Assembly (NCBI RefSeq): GCF_001194135.2
Contig: NC_068991.1
Coordinates: forward strand, 46,302,675-46,357,213
Direction: 5' to 3'
Source of the DNA: Octopus bimaculoides
Taxonomy: Eukaryota
DNA length: 54,539 bases
The first letter of the stretch is position 1; each line of letters opens with the position of its first letter. This document shows, piece by piece, positions 46,011 to 54,539 of the stretch. The notes beneath the pieces are model-generated. The model was not told the DNA's origin. It was given only the letters and a program-made list of their open reading frames with translations, and made no database searches. The position numbers and the translations under genes are program-made.

Positions 46011-47815
46011 AGCGAACCCTCAATGGAGATGGCAGCATACCAGACTGGTTGGCTCTGGCGGAAACAAAGCTTGTTCAGAAAAGCAAGGAAACCCGATTGG
46101 CAAAAAATTACAGGCCTATTGCATGCCAAAATTTAATGTACAGGATTTATACAGCATGCCTAAACAGATTCCTCCAGGACCACTGTGAAAACAATAGTAT
46201 AATCACAGCTGAACAAGTAGCTGGGAAGAAAGGAGTCTGGGGATGTACTGAACAACTACTAATAAATAAGGTAGTAATGACGGAGGTACGGCAGCACAGN
46301 NNNNNNNNNATGTGGCTTGACTATAAAAAAGCATTCGACTTTGTCCCCCATTCGTGGATGCTAGAAGCCCTCCGACTTGCTAAAGTCCCAGGGAACTTGA
46401 TTAATGCCATATCTAACCTGACATCTTCCTGGGCCACCATCGTGAAGTTAAATACAGTAAGTGGATGTATCACCAGCAAAAAAATACAATATCGCAGGGG
46501 GATATTCCAAGGAGACAGCCTCTCTGTGATGCTGTTCATACTGTCGGTAAACCCATTATCATACATGCTGAAGAAGTCTGAAGGGTATCTAATTGGAACG
46601 CAGGCAAACAGAAACACCAAAATTACGCACTGCTTCTTTGTCGATGATTTGAAATTGTATGATATGAAGAACATGGATGATATGAAAAAAAGACTCGACC
46701 TGGTCACAACATTTTCTGGTGATGTAGGACTAGAGTTTGGCCAAGATAAATGTTCCTATATGGTTGTGGAACGAGGAAAGGCTAAAAACCACCCTAACAA
46801 CATCTCCATCAATGGCCTATCTGTTTCTCCAATATCTGATGAGGAACCCTACAGATACCTGGGAGTAGATGAAAACGTATCATACGAAGGTACTTGTAAC
46901 AAGGAACGTGTTACTAAGGAATACAGAAATCGGGTTAGGAAAATATGGACCTCGGAACTCTCTGCGTTCAATAAAGCAATAGCCCACAATGTGTTTGCAG
47001 TACCAGTACTCGTATCGACATTCGGGGTACTTGACTGGACGATCGATGAAATCCAAGCCCTTGATGTGAAGACCCGGAAAATACTAACGAGCACGAACAA
47101 CTTTCACATCAATAGCGATGTCGACCGCCTATACCTAAAACGAAATAAAGGAGGGAGGGGCCTAACATCAATTCAGACTGCCTTTGAATGCCATGTCATA
47201 TCTCTTCGACATCATCTCATAACCACCAAGTGTCGAAGTGCACCCCTTGATGAAGTCTGCAGACATGAGGTAAATGCCATCATGAGATTGGGAAGGCAAC
47301 TACTTGATAAGCATTCCTTATTCGACAACCCTGAACTCTTACCCAAAGAAATTGCAAGACTCTACCGTAACATAACATCAGAGGAGAGGATGAATGCATT
47401 CCAGCAGAAGACCATGCATGGGTACCTTAACAGAAAGCTCCAGGATGATAACAACATTGACAACCAGAGCAGTCTATCGTGGACAAACAATCGGGTCACC
47501 AACTCTCACTTTGAAGGGTATGCCTTTGCTATGCAAGAACAAGAAATAGCAACCAAATTCCTAATAAACAAACGGGACAGACAGAGAAGCGGGGAAAGCG
47601 CCACAATGTAATAATCGATGCAGACTCTGTGGAATCAGTATCGAAGATATCACCCACATCATTAGCAGCTGTCCAAAAATGTCATCACGGTATTACATAC
47701 CTATGAGATATGATGTTGTGGCCAATACACTGTACAATGAAATCCGCCGACAGAATAACCCCGGGGCTAAGGAGATGAAAACCCATAATGAGGTAGAGGC
47801 CATTACCACTCACAA
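46011..47815 (+). mobile_element. R4/Dong-type non-LTR retrotransposon: RT, thumb and CCHC knuckle (5'-truncated, 3' end in gap)
   Basis: NYRPIAC..LMY, GCTEQLLINK, LDYKKAFDFVPH, RGIFQGDSLS.MLF, FFVDDLKLY, YRYLG. A +1 frameshift near 47605 leads to CRLCGISIEDITHIISSC (CX2CX8HX4C). Confidence 0.96.
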
Positions 47816-48355
47816 NNNNNNNNNNNNNNNNNNNNNNNNNNNNNNNNNNNNNNNNNNNNNNNNNNNNNNNNNNNNNNNNNNNNNNNNNNNNNNNNNNNNN
47901 NNNNNNNNNNNNNNNNNNNNNNNNNNNNNNNNNNNNNNNNNNNNNNNNNNNNNNNNNNNNNNNNNNNNNNNNNNNNNNNNNNNNNNNNNNNNNNNNNNNN
48001 NNNNNNNNNNNNNNNNNNNNNNNNNNNNNNNNNNNNNNNNNNNNNNNNNNNNNNNNNNNNNNNNNNNNNNNNNNNNNNNNNNNNNNNNNNNNNNNNNNNN
48101 NNNNNNNNNNNNNNNNNNNNNNNNNNNNNNNNNNNNNNNNNNNNNNNNNNNNNNNNNNNNNNNNNNNNNNNNNNNNNNNNNNNNNNNNNNNNNNNNNNNN
48201 NNNNNNNNNNNNNNNNNNNNNNNNNNNNNNNNNNNNNNNNNNNNNNNNNNNNNNNNNNNNNNNNNNNNNNNNNNNNNNNNNNNNNNNNNNNNNNNNNNNN
48301 NNNNNNNNNNNNNNNNNNNNNNNNNNNNNNNNNNNNNNNNNNNNNNNNNNNNNNN

Positions 48356-48418
<63 letters not shown>

Positions 48419-48757
48419 TATATATAAGTCTGTTATATCTGCATATGTAAATGTATTTTTTGTATGTGTTTAGGCTTGTTTCTCTATACGCCACGGTGTT
48501 TGTGCTTGTGTCTGTGTTTCTGTGGCGATCACAGTCGTTTTCCCTGTCTGTATACATATCTTTCATTCTGTGATTATGTTTATGACTGTGAAGGACGCGA
48601 ACGAAGTGTGTTTATGTCTTAATGTGCCTGTATTTTATGGACATGTGTGTGTGTGTGCGTGTGTGGGGTGGGTGAATCTGTATCAAAAGTAAATCTGGGT
48701 TTGTTTAGGTGGGTAAGGGCATGTGCATGTATTGTGCGTATTATATTGAGTGTGTGT

Positions 48758-48795
<38 letters not shown>

Positions 48796-50465
48796 ATTCC
48801 AGCGCGTATGTTTTCATGCTTGTACGTGCGTGTATATGTGTCTGTTGTTATTTAACCACAAGTCATTCTTCATATATTAACAAATGCGTTCCAACTATGG
48901 CTATCCTGATGTTTTGTATCTTGGAATAGTCAAGCAAGCTGGAAAACATTTTCATCCATAACTTCAAACATTCACAAACGTTACTACTACATAATTACAT
49001 ATGGTAAGCATATATATATNNNNNNNNNNNNNNNNNNNNNNNNNNNNNNNNNNNNNNNNNNNNNNNNNNNNNNNNNNNNNNNNNNNNNNNNNNNNNNNNN
49101 NNNNNNNNNNNNNNNNNNNNNNNNNNNNNNNNNNNNNNNNNNNNNNNNNNNNNNNNNNNNNNNNNNNNNNNNNNNNNNNNNNNNNNNNNNNNNNNNNNNN
49201 NNNNNNNNNNNNNNNNNNNNNNNNNNNNNNNNNNNNNNNNNNNNNNNNNNNNNNNNNNNNNNNNNNNNNNNNNNNNNNNNNNNNNNNNNNNNNNNNNNNN
49301 NNNNNNNNNNNNNNNNNNNNNNNNNNNNNNNNNNNNNNNNNNNNNNNNNNNNNNNNNNNNNNNNNNNNNNNNNNNNNNNNNNNNNNNNNNNNNNNNNNNN
49401 NNNNNNNNNNNNNNNNNNNNNNNNNNNNNNNNNNNNNNNNNNNNNNNNNNNNNNNNNNNNNNNNNNNNNNNNNNNNNNNNNNNNNNNNNNNNNNNNNNNN
49501 NNNNNNNNNNNNNNNNNNNNNNNNNNNNNNNNNNNNNNNNNNNNNNNNNNNNNNNNNNNNNNNNNNNNNNNNNNNNNNNNNNNNNNNNNNNNNNNNNNNN
49601 NNNNNNNNNNNNNNNNNNNNNNNNNNNNNNNNNNNNNNNNNNNNNNNNNNNNNNNNNNNNNNNNNNNNNNNNNNNNNNNNNNNNNNNNNNNNNNNNNNNN
49701 NNNNNNNNNNNNNNNNNNNNNNNNNNNNNNNNNNNNNATATAAACTGGGGGAGGGCTGTTTTTAAGTGTCTCAGTATGCACATAACTTTTATATGTGTAT
49801 ATGTATGTAGGGAGTCATGTGTGTTTGCATGTGGTGCAATATGTAATGTATGTATGTGCGTGTGGTACATGTCTATCTGTCTGCGAAGGTTAAATGTGTG
49901 TATATGCAAGAGTGTGTTTATGTGGGAATATGTATGACTGTGTATTTGCGTGTATAATTGTGAGTAGATATCTATGATGGTTATATGTATGCATTTATGT
50001 ATGTATATGTGTTTGTGTGTGTTTATATGCTTGTGTGTATGTGTGTGCGTGGGCCTATGAGGCTTATATGCATGTATATAGCTGTGCAAACGCGTGTTTG
50101 TATGTGCATATCTATCTACAATGTATATATGTGTGTAAATGTGTGTGTGTGCGTGTGCTAACATATTTTATACAAGTAGTATAAATGATGAATGACAGTT
50201 GTTTGAAGCTAGAGGAGTGTAGGGGCTGTAGTGGGAGGATATCATTGTTAATTAGCATAATTACTGTTCATTTCATTAGACATATCTAAGGTATTTTCTT
50301 TTTAAAATGGTTAAGGCTGTAGCGAGACTAAGATCTATGCTGATGCTGCAACGGCTGCTATTGTTAGTCTATAGTCTTTTTTCAGTTGTTGTGGTGGCGG
50401 TTTAGTGTGTGTGTGGTTTTAATGATAGTCGTTGTGCTAATGGTGGAGGTTCTGCATTTCTTTTC

Positions 50466-50570
50466 TACTCGTTAGAGTATTGGACAAAATGCTTAACAAC
50501 AGTATTTGTTGTGGGTCACATTCTGAGTTCAAATTCCACCTAGAACAAGGCCAACGTTTCCTTTTCGTCT
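50466..50570 (+). mobile_element. SINE family A, head only
   Basis: cgttagagtattggacaaaatgcttaac...ttctgagttcaaattcc. Confidence 0.65.
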
Positions 50571-51837
50571 TACGTTTGCTTCAGCACGTAAAGTCAGTGA
50601 AATGAAAATGAGTCGCATCTTTTTGCATATGGATTCATAATTTTCTTTTTCATGAAGTACCCCTAAGCTGTACAGGTTTGATTGGAGGGAAACGATGTTG
50701 ACGACTGTAGTCAACTCCAACTCAGAACGCACACTAGTCACATATATGTCTGAGAAGTTTTGAATATTAAAAACAAAACCGTGTGTTTATTTGGAAAGAA
50801 AAAAATGACCATCCAAAAATATAACACTATGTTTCAACACACGATTTCACATCAGAAATCTTGCAAAACAAACCCATATCTATTATATCTACACTAGCTG
50901 ACCACGTTCCGTCAATAATAACGGCTAATTGTAGTATTTTATATATAAATACGGTACAAAATAAGGTACATAATAATCACACATACAAACATTCACATAC
51001 TTCCCTTGTACAGGCACACACATACACACATATACTCACACAGAATTGAAGCGCTGATTTTTTTCACCCTTTCCTTTCTCTCATTGCTATTACCTCCTCT
51101 CACTCCCTTTCAGCCAGGGCTATTACTCTCACTACTTCTCCTTCATTGAATTACTATTTTCTCTCCTCCTCCTCCGCATCCGGCGTGACTTTTTATTATA
51201 TTAGGAATCATATGGCAATTCCACCACCACCGCTGCTGGATCTTTTTCCGACACTACTGTTTCACTTCTGTGATTTTTGGCAGTGTACATCTATACGAGA
51301 AACTCTCTCAAACAAATACAGTAATTTTGTGACTTTCTATAGTGTAGCCACGTTAAAAAAAAATGTACAGTATGCTATTCTGAACCAAAACTGCTTCCGT
51401 CGTTAGAAATGGATATTTATTATATTTATATCTACCATCAAATTATGTCTAACTAGCCATCAATACAATTAACAAAAGCCAAGCATCTATCACTTCAAAC
51501 ATTCACAAACTTTAATTATCACCAACATTACTACCACATAAGCAATGTTTTCAATCTGGCTAAAAATCAACCACACAGTTTCTTTCGTGCTTGCCTTCAC
51601 CTTCAATACTCTTCCTTATAGTTGGTACCATCCTTCAGATCTGCTTAAGCTTCTTCACCTATGCATAATCCGACTGGGTTTACAACGCCATCAAACATTT
51701 TTGCAAGCAAACATCGACTTAATTCATATCATCAATATAATATCAGAAATTCTACCATACTCATCTTCTTCTTTCCCCACCTCCTCCTCCTCCTCCTCCT
51801 CCTCATCATCATCATCATCATCACCATCATTATCATT

Positions 51838-51884
<47 letters not shown>

Positions 51885-52760
51885 TTTCATCATCATTATC
51901 ATCAAATATAATTTTGCTCTTTCGTCTTCATTGCTATTACTATTATCAACGACATCATAATCATCACCACTATTCTTAGTGATAATGATCATGATGATGA
52001 TGATGATGATGACGATGACGACGACGACGACGACGACAACAACAACAACAACAATGACTACGAGGGGGATGGTAGCAATCATCACCATTATCATCATCAT
52101 GAACATCGTCATTATACCATGGTCATTAGTGTCATCATCATCACTATCAGCACCATCCCCAGCAGTAGCAGCATTATCCTTATTACAATTATCATAAGGA
52201 AAAAAATGAAATATAATTTCCACATCCCGGAACATCTTCACCTATAACCTTCCTTTATAATTCATCGTTTGAATCTACCTTTTTGATCGTCGCCATGTTG
52301 AAATTTATTAAGAAACAAGCAGAAAACTTTTCTGTCGCTTATATTTCTCTCTCTTTTATTTATTTAGTTATTTATTTTGTTTCTAACAACCACTCCCAAT
52401 GCCCTGCCTATCACCACAGCAAACAACTGGTCCTAACCACCTCAGCACACCCTTTCCTCTGTTCTAAGAATAAAATTTTAAAAAGTAAGTAAAATACAAA
52501 TACTTTCCAATATTGCCTGCGGACATGTCCCAGCGTTAGAATGGAGATACGTCGGTGGGGTTTAGGGGACGTGTAGCGGTTAGGGCTGGTATGTTGGGGA
52601 ACGAGGACACGTCGTTTTTTTCTTTTTTTCAAATAAGATGAGAGGAGGAGAAGAGAGACGAGGAGAAGGAGGAGGAACGGAAAGAAAAATGGAAGAAAAG
52701 TCTTGGAGGAAGGCAGAGAGAATGTAATAATTATGGTTTTAAATTTTTCAACAAGGGCAG

Positions 52761-52845
52761 CAATTTGGGGAGAAGGGACTACATCGACNNNNNNNNNNNN
52801 NNNNNNNNNNNNNNNNNNCTAACGATTCTGCCAGCTCGCCACCGT
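52761..52845 (-). mobile_element. SINE family A (most of the body in a gap)
   Basis: ctaacgattctgccagctcgccacc is the reverse complement of the head; gggactacatcgac is the reverse complement of the 3' body. Confidence 0.8.
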
Positions 52846-53385
52846 ATTGATGATGATGATGATGAGAAGAAGAAGAAGAAGAAGAAGAAGAAGAAGAAGA
52901 AGAAGAAGAAGAAGAAGAAGAAGAAGAAGAAGAAGAATGATGATGATGAACGCTAGTCTACCATCGCTAACAGCAACAACAACAGGAACCAAAATAGAAA
53001 ACTCGCTTAGTCGCTTGACTAGCTAGATATAGCAGCCAAATTCCCTTAAACCATATAGTGCCGATCTAAATAAAAATGGAAGCGCATATTTGAGCAATGT
53101 TATCTTGGCTGTACCAAACGACACGGATAGTCGTGAGTGCAACGGTGGGATGCATTTCACCATAAGTTTACTCAATCAACATCAACCTGGGCCTTAAACA
53201 AGTCATAAAACAAGAACAACCAGATCAACGATAAGCGTGCCACCAGCCATACATTTAACAACAAAAACAACAATAAAAAGAGTAACAACAACGACGCTTA
53301 GTTACAGCACTACAAGACAGTAATGGGCCACGCGCGGCATACGGGATTTTGACTTAGACGCTTAACAGAAAATTACCTTCAAGTG

Positions 53386-53487
53386 AAAGCGGCGAGCTGG
53401 CAGAAACGTTAGCACGCCGGGCGAAATGCTTAGCGGTATTTCGTCTGCCGTTATGTTCTGAGTTCAAATTCCGCTGAGGTCGACTTT
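53386..53487 (+). mobile_element. SINE family A, 5' half (runs into gap)
   Basis: gcggcgagctggcagaaacgttagcacgccgggcgaaatgcttagcgg...gaggtcgacttt. Confidence 0.92.
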
Positions 53488-53935
53488 NNNNNNNNNNNNN
53501 NNNNNNNNNNNNNNNNNNNNNNNNNNNNNNNNNNNNNNNNNNNNNNNNNNNNNNNNNNNNNNNNNNNNNNNNNNNNNNNNNNNNNNNNNNNNNNNNNNNN
53601 NNNNNNNNNNNNNNNNNNNNNNNNNNNNNNNNNNNNNNNNNNNNNNNNNNNNNNNNNNNNNNNNNNNNNNNNNNNNNNNNNNNNNNNNNNNNNNNNNNNN
53701 NNNNNNNNNNNNNNNNNNNNNNNNNNNNNNNNNNNNNNNNNNNNNNNNNNNNNNNNNNNNNNNNNNNNNNNNNNNNNNNNNNNNNNNNNNNNNNNNNNNN
53801 NNNNNNNNNNNNNNNNNNNNNNNNNNNNNNNNNNNNNNNNNNNNNNNNNNNNNNNNNNNNNNNNNNNNNNNNNNNNNNNNNNNNNNNNNNNNNNNNNNNN
53901 NNNNNNNNNNNNNNNNNNNNNNNNNNNNNNNNNNN

Positions 53936-54155
53936 TGATCCGATCAACGGAACAGCCTGCTCGTGAAATTAACGTGCAAGTGGCTGAGCAATCCACAGAC
54001 ACGTGTACCCTTAACGTAGTTCTCGGGGATATTCAGCGTGACACAGTGTGACAAGGCTGACCCCTTTGAATTACAGGCACAACAGAAACAAGAAGTAAGA
54101 GTGAGAGAAAGTTGTGGTGAAAGAGTACAGCAGGGTTTGCCACCATCCCCTGCCG
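53936..54155 (-). mobile_element. SINE family C
   Basis: Reverse complement is near-identical to 22590-22800. Confidence 0.9.
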
Positions 54156-54215
54156 GCTAAAATAGAAAATGACTGCTATTTTCTTGCGCGGTGAGATCGA
54201 ATCTGGAAGAATATT

Positions 54216-54364
54216 CTTTTCTACTCTAGGCACAAGTCCAGAATTTTTTTGGAGAGGGGCCCAGTCGATTAGATTGACCTCAGTACGCAACTGGTACTTA
54301 ATTTATCGACCCCGAAAGGGTGAAAGGTAAAGTCGACCTTGGCGGAATTTGAACTCAGAACGTA
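54216..54364 (-). mobile_element. SINE family A, 5'-truncated, with an 18-bp TSD
   Basis: Flanked by cgaatctggaagaatatt (54198-54215) and cgaatctggaaggatatt (54365-54382). Confidence 0.9.
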
Positions 54365-54539
54365 CGAATCTGGAAGGATATTTTTGCCAAACACGTTGGG
54401 TAACAGTTTGAAAATGCTTTCAAACACACACAAACACACGCACACACATACACATGCACGCACACACACACATATGAATTTATAGAAAAGCACACACGTG
54501 CACACATATTCACTCATAAACGTTTGTATCCTTACGGGT

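Overview
AT-rich eukaryotic, gene-poor DNA from a draft assembly: 18 N-gaps, about 8 kb in total, most flanked by microsatellites. The SINE and microsatellite landscape looks like an octopus (coleoid cephalopod) genome; this is my inference from recognised repeat families, not a database result. I could not identify any host protein-coding gene, and almost all ORFs in the supplied track are microsatellite or N-gap artefacts. The interpretable content is transposon debris. It includes about 16 copies of one tRNA-headed SINE with an (ATT)n tail, two or three other SINE/repeat families, two decayed mariners, a Tc1 element plus a 100%-identical inverted 183-bp orphan fragment, and a mariner-type MITE. 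There are also four R4/Dong-type (RLE) LINE pieces, an L1/Tx1-like ORF1 plus APE, a Penelope RT/GIY-YIG fragment, a Helitron Rep-helicase fragment and a structurally complete HINE/DINE-1-like non-autonomous Helentron. The most interesting signal is a non-coding dispersed repeat of about 190 bp, in 3 copies, each next to a (TA)n-type tract or a (TA)n-flanked gap. Its consensus folds as a minimal type-I hammerhead ribozyme, CTTT-CTGTTGA-A-GAGC-GTA(G)-GCTC-GAA-ACGT-C-AAAG. It has the palindromic stem III typical of dimeric Penelope-type hammerheads, but carries U instead of the conserved A6. Activity is untested, and each of the three copies has at least one further lesion. Coordinates of degenerate repeats are approximate.
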